The notes under the pieces are model-generated. The model was not told where the DNA came from, did no database searches, and saw nothing but the letters and a program-made list of their open reading frames with translations. Below are positions 31,067-40,406 of a stretch of 64,000 nucleotides of DNA, one piece after another; within the stretch, counting starts at the first letter, position 1; each line of letters starts with the position of its first letter. The translations under genes and the position numbers were made by a program. The stretch is taken from positions 896,001 through 960,000 of the forward strand of contig CM000430.1 in NCBI GenBank assembly GCA_000165345.1, written 5' to 3'.

Positions 31067-32089
31067 TTATTCTCCTTGAAAAGAGATAATTGATTGAATC
31101 AAATCTGATTTTCTTGCCCTCTGGCTGATCTCCAATTGAAGTTTACTACAAACATCCTTTAACTCAATAACCTTCATAGAATTTAATATATTCTCATCAT
31201 AATGAGGAATCTTAGCAATTTTTGCTACTTTGCTCGTCTTTTTACCTGATTTCTTTGATTCTACGGATGATGATTTACTAGACCTTCCTGACCCTGACTT
31301 TTCTTTCTCAATAGTCTTCAATTCAGGAGCATTCTCAACTTCCGGATTTGCAGCTTCTGCTGCTTTCACAACACGATTCCTAAGTAAAGGAGCTCTTAGT
31401 CTACCCAAATTAGTCTTTCCTAACACACTTTTCAAAGGATTTTCCTCCTTTTCCAACTTCTCTTCTTGAATAATAGGCTCAGTATCCTTGCTAATACTCT
31501 TTTTAGATTCTGAACTATCTTCATTTTGTGGACGCCTTAAACGACTCTTTTTTAAAGTGGGAGCCTCTTTAGAAACTTTATTCGTTGAATTATTTTCATC
31601 TGCATGTTCTTCCTGTGTTCTTTTCTTAGACTTGATTTTGGATGCAATTTGCTTTTCATCATTACCTTGAACTACTTTTTCAGAGGTAATCTTTTCATTC
31701 AGTAACTTTTCAATCTGAGCATTCATCTCATTTAACTGAGTCTTTAAACTGTTCTTTTCCTCGGTGAGCTCGCTCAACTTCTTTTCATAATCTTTATTCA
31801 TCTGTTGAAAATCTTTTGAAGATTTTTCAAGTTCAAAAATCTTCTTTTCCTTGGATTCCATATCTAATTCTCTCAAGCTTAATTGTTCAGTAATTCTCGC
31901 AACCTCCCCTTGCAAGATCTCATTTTCATGTTCCAATTCACCCATACCCATCATCTGATCCCTTAATATATCAATATATGCTTCAAATTTTCGAGTTTCA
32001 TTTTCTACTAACTTCCTAGTTGAATTCTCAATCTCTGATATTCCTAATTCCAATACACCCTGAGGTTTCTGAATTGATAACAAGCTCAT
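31067..32089 (-). CDS. Coiled-coil protein with Lys/Ser-rich basic region and C-terminal SAP-like helix-loop-helix
   Basis: The ORF-track start 32149 is TTG; the first ATG is at 32089 (MSLLSIQKPQ...), giving 340 aa. Central heptad region. C-terminal ...NILNSMKVIELKDVCSKLQLEISQRARKSDLIQSIISF resembles a SAP/LEM-type motif. A pyrimidine-tract-CAG just 3' of this ATG (ttgttatcaattcag) leaves open an unannotated upstream exon. Confidence 0.5.
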   Translation of the reverse strand: MSLLSIQKPQGVLELGISEIENSTRKLVENETRKFEAYIDILRDQMMGMGELEHENEILQGEVARITEQLSLRELDMESKEKKIFELEKSSKDFQQMNKDYEKKLSELTEEKNSLKTQLNEMNAQIEKLLNEKITSEKVVQGNDEKQIASKIKSKKRTQEEHADENNSTNKVSKEAPTLKKSRLRRPQNEDSSESKKSISKDTEPIIQEEKLEKEENPLKSVLGKTNLGRLRAPLLRNRVVKAAEAANPEVENAPELKTIEKEKSGSGRSSKSSSVESKKSGKKTSKVAKIAKIPHYDENILNSMKVIELKDVCSKLQLEISQRARKSDLIQSIISFQGE

Positions 32090-32708
32090 TCCTGTTCTGT
32101 CGTCACCAAATGATAACCTTTCTAATAAATGTCTCAAATATGTGATCAATTTTTATTCTTTCTTTTTTAATCTTGTAAATATTTCTAAATTCGCATGTTT
32201 TTCCGTTTTAACATGTTTCAAAATCTGTTCCGTACCTTTATGGTCTTTAATATTTACTAAATATTAGTCCACAAGTAGCCCGCCTTTTCCCCGCACAAAT
32301 TTGAATTTGAAAAAAAATGAGGTTTTTACCCCTAATACATGTCCGTAATTCCAAGCTTAATATGCATTATAGAAAAATACATTAATATGATGGGGGCGGA
32401 TCAGCCGTTTGGTTAACTTAATAGTCTTGCATTAATTCCAACTAAAACTTTTGTTATTACGAATTTAGAAGTTGTTACAAAGTAGCATTTGTGCGAATAA
32501 TCTTAGACTAAGGATAAATTAGAAATATACAATGTAATTAAAATCAAAAATTGGAAAAGTAAAACAATTCCAATGAAAAAGTTATTTCAGTAAAAGTGAT
32601 AACAATTAATTATCTTTATAAAAGGTCAAAATTTAGCTAGTAATATATAAAAAAATATAAAAAGTCGGATTCTCACAAAAGAACTATTTGAAGTGAGAAA
32701 TGTTTAAA

Positions 32709-33200
32709 TTAGATCTTAGATGTTTTGTCTCGTTCTTCAGACATCTGAACAAATCTTTGGTATTCTTTAAATTGTTGTCTTGGTGTTTGAATTGTCTTTC
32801 TGTTAATACCAATGGAAACTGATTCAATAATAGTTAAAAGAATTCCTCCAACCATTGCACTCTTTAATGAAGTCTTAAGACCACCTCTAATAGCTAGTAG
32901 TCCACCCGTTGCTGTTCCTGAAAAAATTGCATTCCAATGATCTTCCTTGCCTCTTAATTTGGCAAAAAGGCAATCAAAGCAAGAAAATGTTCCACCCCAT
33001 ATGGCAAAGCTCGTGCCAAGAGAAGGAGCTGCCTTTCTAGCAAAAAGCATACCGCTAGAAAACATCTCCCTTTTGGTTGAGGAGTACTTCACACCTTTGA
33101 AAAAACTTGTAATAAACCCACCAATACATCCCATACTAAAGGCTCCGCCAAGGTCTTCAAATACTCTTCCTGGAAAAGGTTCTCTGGTAAAATCGCTCAT
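32709..33200 (-). CDS. TIM17: Tim17-family inner-membrane preprotein translocase subunit (Tim17/Tim22/Tim23 fold)
   Basis: The ORF-track start 33236 is TTG; the ATG is at 33200, giving 163 aa. MSDFTREPFPGRVFEDLGGAFSMGCIGGFI...GTSFAIWGGTFSCFDCLFAKLRGKEDHWNAIFSGTATGGLLAIRGG aligns residue-for-residue with yeast and human Tim17 ([28 protein letters not shown]...GSFAVWGGLFS.IDC...RGKEDPWNSI.SGALTGA.LA.R.G). Confidence 0.85.
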   Translation of the reverse strand: MSDFTREPFPGRVFEDLGGAFSMGCIGGFITSFFKGVKYSSTKREMFSSGMLFARKAAPSLGTSFAIWGGTFSCFDCLFAKLRGKEDHWNAIFSGTATGGLLAIRGGLKTSLKSAMVGGILLTIIESVSIGINRKTIQTPRQQFKEYQRFVQMSEERDKTSKI

Positions 33201-33670
33201 AATAAAAGATAAAATCTGCAGATATATATATTTCAAATTACTTAGAATAAATACATACTTATAAAACTCAAGTTACCAATTAAATGTTAATTTTTAAATA
33301 TTAAATAAATAAAAATTAATATAAATACAAATATGTTCATTTATACTTGTATTATATAAATAAATATATAATAACAAATATAAATTGCCAAACTAATACC
33401 GGGAAAAATAAGCCAAGTCTAATGAGAAAAAAAAACAAAGAATATTTGAATTTTCTAATATTATGAAATTTAACTCCTAATGGCACTTCTATACTTAATC
33501 TTTTATTTATCTACAATATCTAAAATCAATCATTATATTTGCTTGATATTTTATTAAGTTTATTTTAAAAAATTAGAAAATCCAATAAATTCAATCACAT
33601 GAAATATTTATCCTCACTAATTATGCACTTATACTATTAATATTAAATTAAAACGAGTGCGTATGTGCAC

Positions 33671-33742
33671 GGATCGATAGCTCAGTGGTAGAGCAGGCGA
33701 CTGCAGATCGTCTGGTCCCTGGTTCAAATCCGGGTCGGTCCT
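33671..33742 (+). tRNA. tRNA-Cys (anticodon GCA)
   Basis: Cloverleaf: acceptor GGATCGA/TCGGTCC (one G-U pair), D-arm TAGCTCAGTGGTAGAGC, anticodon stem GGCGA/TCGTC with loop CTGCAGA, T-arm CCTGG-TTCAAAT-CCGGG, discriminator T. A T5 run (Pol III terminator) lies 15 nt downstream. Confidence 0.9.
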
Positions 33743-33872
33743 CTTAAAAATACCCCCTTTTTACCAAATTGCTGGTGTTTAGTATTTTTGTCTATACCTG
33801 TACATAATCTAATTATTTACTATCTGATTTCCTTATAAGTTACTTAGTTACTAATCAATTAATTGCACCTTT

Positions 33873-33932
33873 AGGCGCCACATAATGGCGGGCCGTGTGA
33901 TTTGTTTGGGCGGGAATGTAGACGCGGCGGTC
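33873..33932. promoter_or_regulatory. Cluster of GC-rich E2F-like elements (GGCGCCAC, ATGGCGGGCC, GGGCGGGA, GACGCGGCGG)
   Basis: Four GGCGCC/GGCGG-type cores within 60 nt, in an otherwise 25-30% GC spacer. About 350-400 nt upstream of the alveolin gene ATG (34284). Confidence 0.45.
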
Positions 33933-34283
33933 ATGTGCGTATAGAGTGGGAACATGTAAAATATATTAACTAGGGGGTATATGAAATAAAGTGAAGAATA
34001 CGTATAATGAAAAAAAATAAAAGATGGTTTTAGGTTTGCATATATAAAGCAGGTTAGATTGTTTATAAAGAGATTGTGTGTGAGATCTTGATGGATTTAA
34101 TGAAAAAATAAATTAAGTAGTAAATTTAATCTAGATCAGCATCAATTGACCTGAGAACTTGCAAGGAAAGCTTAAACAATACCCAATTATCTTAGAATTG
34201 CAAATATTTAACATTTTAGGATTTGTTGAAAATCACATTTATTCAAGTGCCGCAAAAGGAGTAAATTAAAGATAATACGAAAA

Positions 34284-35462
34284 ATGGCAGAGGTACCTGT
34301 ATCTGAAGATATTTCAGCCTCACAACAACCACCATCATCCTCATATAGTTTACCTCCACAGTTCTCAAATGAACCAGATGTAAGAACTATGGCGTCTATT
34401 AAGGCGACCCTTTCAAAAAAAGCTGAGGAGCTTGTCAAGGCAGGGCAACCCTATGTAATGACTAGTTTAGGCCCAATCCCATTGCCTGATAATGTAAGAA
34501 ACCAGATTCCAGAGAAATTTGTTGCAGCTCCAGTTCTAGAAGAACGTGAAGTTATTGTTGCAAGAAGAGAAGTACAAGAGAGAATTATTGAAGTTCCACA
34601 AATTCAATATGAGCATAAGTTTGTGGAAGTACCACAAAAGGTCGTGGTTGAGAAGATTATCCCAATCCCAAAAGATGTTGTAAGAGAAGTTGAAATTCCT
34701 CGTTATACAGCAACTGTTGAAGAGAAGGTCATTGAAGTTCCACAAGGTGTCAAATTTGTTGAGGTTCCTGTTGAGGTCCCTATTGCTTATCCTCCAAGAA
34801 TAGTCCCAGTTCCAAAGCCATATATTGTTGAAAGAACTGTTGAGCTTTCTCGTCCAGTTATTGAAGAACGTCTTTTGGAGGTCCCACAAAAAGTTTATCG
34901 TCAAGTCCCATACTACAAGGATGTTGAAGTACCTTTTGTTGTTCCAAGATATGTTGAAAAGCTTGTTGAGATTCCATTCCATCCTGGAATGATGTATGAT
35001 GAAAACATGCTCAATCAATCTATCCCACCTATTCCACCTCAATCACAGCCACCTTTCATGATGGGAGGCCCCGGATCTGCTCCAACTAGTGCTCCTTTAT
35101 TATCTATGCCTCCACCAATGTATGGTACAAACGATCCTGAAGATGTCGCATCTGATGGACTTCCATCGCATCCTGCAATCCCTCCATACCATATGTTGCC
35201 ACAACCACAACCGGGTGTAATTCCTCAGATGATCCCATTGGCTAATTCTTATGCAGCTTTCCCACTTCCACAAGGTGTTGGAATGTCCCCTCATATGTTG
35301 AACTCTGGCAATACTGCGCATATCCCAGGTAAAACGCCTGTACCTTTTAATCCACCTCAACAACCTCCACAGAACCTTCTCAATGGAGTTAATATTAATC
35401 AAATCCAATTCCCTCCTAATCAGCGTCAGCAGTTTCCATACCAATTCCCTCCTCAGCAGTAA
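34284..35462 (+). CDS. Alveolin-repeat inner-membrane-complex (IMC)/subpellicular-network protein
   Basis: 392 aa. Central region is made of iterated alveolin-type motifs (IEVPQIQYEHKFVEVPQKVVVEKIIPIPKDVVREVEIPRYTATVEEKVIEVPQGVKFVEVPVEVPIAYPPRIVPVPKPYIVERTVE...LLEVPQKVYRQVPYYKDVEVPFVVPRYVEKLVEIPF). C-terminal Pro/Gln-rich tail. The antisense ORFs 34536..35042 and 35100..35477 are artefacts of the repeats. Confidence 0.8.
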   Translation: MAEVPVSEDISASQQPPSSSYSLPPQFSNEPDVRTMASIKATLSKKAEELVKAGQPYVMTSLGPIPLPDNVRNQIPEKFVAAPVLEEREVIVARREVQERIIEVPQIQYEHKFVEVPQKVVVEKIIPIPKDVVREVEIPRYTATVEEKVIEVPQGVKFVEVPVEVPIAYPPRIVPVPKPYIVERTVELSRPVIEERLLEVPQKVYRQVPYYKDVEVPFVVPRYVEKLVEIPFHPGMMYDENMLNQSIPPIPPQSQPPFMMGGPGSAPTSAPLLSMPPPMYGTNDPEDVASDGLPSHPAIPPYHMLPQPQPGVIPQMIPLANSYAAFPLPQGVGMSPHMLNSGNTAHIPGKTPVPFNPPQQPPQNLLNGVNINQIQFPPNQRQQFPYQFPPQQ

Positions 35463-37412
35463 TTTATAGTGAATCACTGATATATTATCATTCTATTTAA
35501 TATAATTATAATGAATATAAATAATAATTAGCTATTATTTATTGCTGTTGGGTTAATAATGATGTTTTCTACATCAATTTTTCCTGATTTTAGCTCGGCA
35601 TTAAGTTTTGTCATTGAATCATAATAGGAGTAATAATTTTTCTATTTTTTATTTGTTCGCTCACTTTTTCGATGGTTCGGATTATTCATCTTTGTTGTCC
35701 ATACGAACAAATTTCTAATTTCAGGAAGAATAAGTAAACAGAGAAATAGGCAAAATATTCAAAATTAAGTCATTTACTCAAACAAACCACACTTAAAATT
35801 CTAACAAAAAACAATTCAAACTCACAAATCTCAATCTTTTACTCACTCAACCTCAAAATAGTATGCTTAGTGATGACGGTTTCACTCAAAGTTTCCTCGT
35901 TACCACCAAAACTAATAAAACTTCAATCCTTTGCTTGGCAAAAGGGCCGAACCATAAAAAATTAATACATGCATACCTTCAATATTTAAGCCGCCTTAAT
36001 ACGTGTCTCTTTCGAGCTGACCACAATAATGCATGCATACAAAACCTAATGAATTGTGCATGATTAATACTTCAAAATCATACATTTGAGGAAATGGGTT
36101 CTACCATAACATAAATATCCATTCAAACTCTCTAATATTCGTCTCAAGATGCCCTATTAAATCTTTAAGTAGAATGTATGACTATATAATTTATGAAACT
36201 GGATGGTCTTAAAGTTAAGAAGTGCAATTTATTCCAGGTGCACAATGATTGAAACACATATATACCTTAATATTTCCTTAGAATAATAATTAAATATCAT
36301 TGTTCCATTTAAATTGTAAATCCTCAGTTTACAAGCAAGAGTAGGTATCCAACGCTCGTACTCTGATCGACCAAGTTTAAAATTTCTCAAATGCAAATAG
36401 AGAAGCTGTAAGAATCGAATTAAAACCAACTATAAAGATAATAACCTGCAAAATTAGTTGGATTACCCACACTAGATAATATGGTGTTTAGTCATTTAGA
36501 GAAAAATGCTGTGATAGCCATATATATCTGTAAAGATTAACCTTAATAAGATTGAAGGAGAAAAAAACAGTAATACCATGACATTATTATTATAAAATCT
36601 GTCAATGTTTCCATAGTCAGTTACAAAAATATGCCAAAATCAACTGATAAATAAATCAGTGATTATACAAAACCTCGAAATAAAAATCATCTCCAACCAA
36701 CTCACTTGAGAATGCATATTTGGACTTCTGCAATGATTATAATAATGCCATATTCAAAATATATGCAGAGACCTATTGTAGAAAGGGAAAGAAAATTTTC
36801 ATAACCCTTCCTACAAGAATATTTGCATTTATTTTAATACAAAATGCAAATACTGATGTATTCCACAAGAGTTACATGCAGCTAATAAATTCAATATAAA
36901 TCAATCATATCCATCTGCCACACTAATCCACAAAAACCCCTCAGTATCTATCTATTAGTACTCTAGTATATGCATTCAAATTATACATCTTATTGCCTAT
37001 ATAAATTTAGTAATAAATATATAAATAATAAATCTACATGCGTCATGTCTGCGCGCGCCTGATTTTATGTTAATAGATAAAATTGATAGTATCGGGTACC
37101 TAATATTGAAAAAATAATTTGAAAAAATAACGGATCTAAAAATAGGAAAAATTATGCATTTATATAGCAGCATTGAAAAGAAGAAATTTAAAAAAAGAAT
37201 TACAAATTATTGAGAAGATAATTGAAAGAGACAACAAACTATTAAAATAGTTTTTGCTGTAAGTCCGAAAAGAATAAGATTTTTTTTATGTAGTTGAATA
37301 ATAGATTTACAGAATAAATAGATGATGGACTTGAAATTATAAAATATACTATAAATTAATCCTATATTTTTAATTTATAATTGAAACTAATTAAATAAAA
37401 TAATAAGGTGAA

Positions 37413-38102
37413 ATGAGCCAAAAAATAGATTTGAATCAAGGTGAAAGAACTGAGTCAAAATGTCCAGAAACGCTTAATGAATTTTCTAATATGTATAAGC
37501 ATAAAAAAATGCCATGTAAATCAGCGCTGAACTTTGGTGAAAATATTATAAATATGGGAGCTCCAAGTTTTATACCAGAATATCCAACAGCTTATTATTC
37601 TAACCCAGAAGTTATGAATCAAGGAATAAATTCATTAGTGGATACAAAACAACTATATGACTATTCATCCCCTGTAGGTGATCTTGAAAAAACCATTGAA
37701 CATTACAAAATGAGTCATGAAATAGGATGGAATGCAAGTAATTCTTTCACTCCTACAAATTCTGGTTCTTTGGAACTTTTCCAATTTGAAAGAAGAGATA
37801 GTCCTGTCGCTGTTGATACTTTAAAAAATTACCCATCTTTTGAGAGAATGAATAGTGGTTTTCTTGGATTCGGAAGAAAACCTTCTAATTCAATATTTTC
37901 TATTGGACAAAAACTTGAAAGACTCTCTTCTAATGAAATAATCAACAATATCAATACCCTTCCTGAAATTGAAAATGGTATTGAGAACGGTATTGAAAAT
38001 GGAATTGAAAATGGAGATATTCCTCACGTTGATTTGGAGCAATATACACAATTATCTTACTTTGAAAAATATATCAATTTTAACATTGACCAAATTAAGT
38101 GA
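37413..38102 (+). CDS. Hypothetical protein with (IENG)4 repeat
   Basis: 229 aa with a genuine ATG. No TM or signal peptide. 12-nt repeat at 37968..38015 encoding IENGIENGIENGIENG. Confidence 0.5.
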   Translation: MSQKIDLNQGERTESKCPETLNEFSNMYKHKKMPCKSALNFGENIINMGAPSFIPEYPTAYYSNPEVMNQGINSLVDTKQLYDYSSPVGDLEKTIEHYKMSHEIGWNASNSFTPTNSGSLELFQFERRDSPVAVDTLKNYPSFERMNSGFLGFGRKPSNSIFSIGQKLERLSSNEIINNINTLPEIENGIENGIENGIENGDIPHVDLEQYTQLSYFEKYINFNIDQIK

Positions 38103-38190
38103 ATCCATTTCTTAAATATAACTACTTTTTATAACCAAAAATGCTATGAAACAAATCATTTTTGCAAAATATATTGGAATATTATTAGAT

Positions 38191-38550
38191 TTATGAAATA
38201 TCAAGCTGTTCAAAAGAATAGCCTGATACTCCACGTAAAATTTGTAATATTGAAAAGGAATAGTAACTCCCAGGAATAATACAAAGAATTCCCAAAAGCA
38301 AAGATGGTGTTGAATCAGAATATTTTTTTGAAAGGAACAAAGCCAACCCTATATAGAAGAAAAATGACCCGACTATAAAAAGAAAAAATGAAAGGAAAAT
38401 TGGCTTTAAAGGTAATCCGCTTTTTGTCTTGAATGATTTAGGAGATAAAAATCCAACTTTTTTCTGAGATAAAGACGGCCCATTATGTGCTTCTTTACGT
38501 GCTTTCTCATGTTTGTCAACTTCGAAATGTTTTCTCTGGCTAATTTCCAT
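38191..38550 (-). CDS. TMEM230 (DUF872) family two-TM membrane protein
   Basis: 119 aa. Two adjacent TM helices followed by IPGSYYSFSILQILRGVSGYSFEQLD, matching the TMEM230 signature [28 protein letters not shown]. Confidence 0.7.
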   Translation of the reverse strand: MEISQRKHFEVDKHEKARKEAHNGPSLSQKKVGFLSPKSFKTKSGLPLKPIFLSFFLFIVGSFFFYIGLALFLSKKYSDSTPSLLLGILCIIPGSYYSFSILQILRGVSGYSFEQLDIS

Positions 38551-38806
38551 CTTGAAAATAAGTATTTTCTGGGCCTTTTTATTATATTCAGTTCAGCTTA
38601 TTAATTTCAATCTTTTTATATTACTATTAATATTATTCTTTTGATTGATTGATATTTTTATTTACTATTATAGGGCTCAGGAAAATTAATTAATAAATGT
38701 TATATATCAATTAAATAAATACTTTTAATCAACAAACTATATTCTAAAATTAATGTTAAGTTTTACTATTCAAAAAAAAAAAAATCTGCGCTTTGGGCCA
38801 AAAAAA

Positions 38807-38879
38807 TGCCTTGACCCGTGATCGAAACGGGGACCTTGAGATCTTCAGTCTCACGCTCTCCCAACTGAGCTATCAAGGC
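38807..38879 (-). tRNA. tRNA-Phe (anticodon GAA)
   Basis: Minus-strand read: GCCTTGA-TA-GCTC-AGTTGGGA-GAGC-G-TGAGA-CTGAAGA-TCTCA-AGGTC-CCCGT-TTCGATC-ACGGG-TCAAGGC-A. Perfect 7-bp acceptor, discriminator A. A T7 run follows immediately 3' (plus 38801-38806). Confidence 0.9.
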
Positions 38880-39794
38880 AAGCTGATGTACCCACCGAGT
38901 TTCTATCTAATAATATGCTCGTAAAAAATTATTTATTTAATTGTTATGCTTTCATTTCATACTACTTTGCTCATAATCGAATATTTACGATATCAATACA
39001 ACTTTAATATCGCAAAGTTAGACTATGATATATTTGGGTGCAACTGTTTTCCCGCCAACTGACTTATTTATTGTTTTGACTAGAGAAAACATACCACGAT
39101 TTAGAATCGATAAAATAAGTCTGCACAAAAAAATAAATAATTAATTTTTTTAATAAATTAAATACAGATTAATAATTTAAATAAGAAAGGACCAAATTCT
39201 TGTGTTAAATTTAACATAATACTCGTCCTTTTTTTCTCTGATGTAAGCGAATTAACCTAGTGTGAGCTTTACCACTACATGATGGCATAAATTGAGTCTC
39301 ACAATATACATGTATCTATTCTAAGATTTAAATATAAACCTAATCCAAAATATTAATTTTTTGCTAACAATTTCACCATTTTCTTAAACATTTTTCTTTC
39401 TAATTCTTATTTTTTTCTCACAGTTTTCTTAAATTTACGCAAAGGCGCGCAGTTGCATTTCCATATTAATATTGTAGCTTGGAATCCATGGGATACGTGG
39501 CTGCATGTCTTTCCCATGTATAATAATGGGGTAGATGTGTAAAACCGAAAGCAAGGAAACAGCAGCAGAAAGCTAGTTTATCAGAAAGTTTAACTGGCGA
39601 TTTTCTAGTTAGCTAAAATATAAAAACTGAGAATAAGTAAGTAACTTACAGTTTTTGTACAGCAAAATAAAGGCAGCCCTTTAAAAAATATCAAAGGGCA
39701 GTAGAACTTGCATGATAATCAAGCAGAAAGAATTTGTATATAACAGAATTTCTTTTAATATATATTAAATATAGGAGTTTAATCAGGAGTAATT

Positions 39795-40262
39795 ATGTCA
39801 GATCAAAATATCCCAATGCCTCAATACGCATCAATGGTTGCACCACCATCTGTAGTATTGCCTCAAAGTGATGCAGCAGCTCCTTCTACATCGATCTTGA
39901 ACTGTTGCTCAGCTCCCCAATCAACTGATAATGGAGCAGATCCCGCATTAAGTGTAAACTCTACCCCTCAAATTGGAAAGGTCAGATTTGCATCAACAGG
40001 TACAACAATTGTAACTAGAAATGGAGTTATCTCGTTCGAAGAGTTCCTAAAGAAAGGTGCTCCAGTCGATCAGATGTTGATTCCTCCCTTCCCGCAGGTC
40101 TCTGGAATCCCAATGTTTGAAGATGGAACTCCTGATATCGCTACAATCCATTCGACATGCAATGTTGTTAATCTTTCCCAAACTAATCAAACTAATACTA
40201 TTCCTCATTCAGATATTGGAACAGAAACTAGCCTTCCACAGCCTGAGGATTCTGCCAGATAA
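39795..40262 (+). CDS. Hypothetical protein (Pro/Ser/Thr-rich, GC-richer than its surroundings)
   Basis: 155 aa with a genuine ATG. Local GC is clearly above the window average, consistent with coding. An E2F-like AAAGGCGCGC element lies at 39441-39450 upstream. Confidence 0.45.
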   Translation: MSDQNIPMPQYASMVAPPSVVLPQSDAAAPSTSILNCCSAPQSTDNGADPALSVNSTPQIGKVRFASTGTTIVTRNGVISFEEFLKKGAPVDQMLIPPFPQVSGIPMFEDGTPDIATIHSTCNVVNLSQTNQTNTIPHSDIGTETSLPQPEDSAR

Positions 40263-40406
40263 GTAATTCATTGTAAATACCGGAAGTTCTTAACTCTTTC
40301 TATTAAGGTTAGATTTAGATTTATAGCTATGATTAATAATAATAATAATGATAATAATGGAACTTAAGGGTTTAATTTTTTTTCATATTTACTAATTTAT
40401 CATTCA

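Noticed and set aside
35863-36429. Small ORFs 35863..36063 (+) and 36229..36429 (-) in the 1.95-kb gene-free region
   Set aside because: Each is 66 codons and low-complexity, with no start context or homology. They are more likely chance ORFs within a non-coding region (see the finding on 35463-37412).
39471-39515. Imperfect inverted repeat CCATGGGA...TCCCATG in a GC-richer patch upstream of the gene at 39795
   Set aside because: Only a 7/8 match with an 18-nt loop, with no recurrence elsewhere. Not distinguishable from chance.
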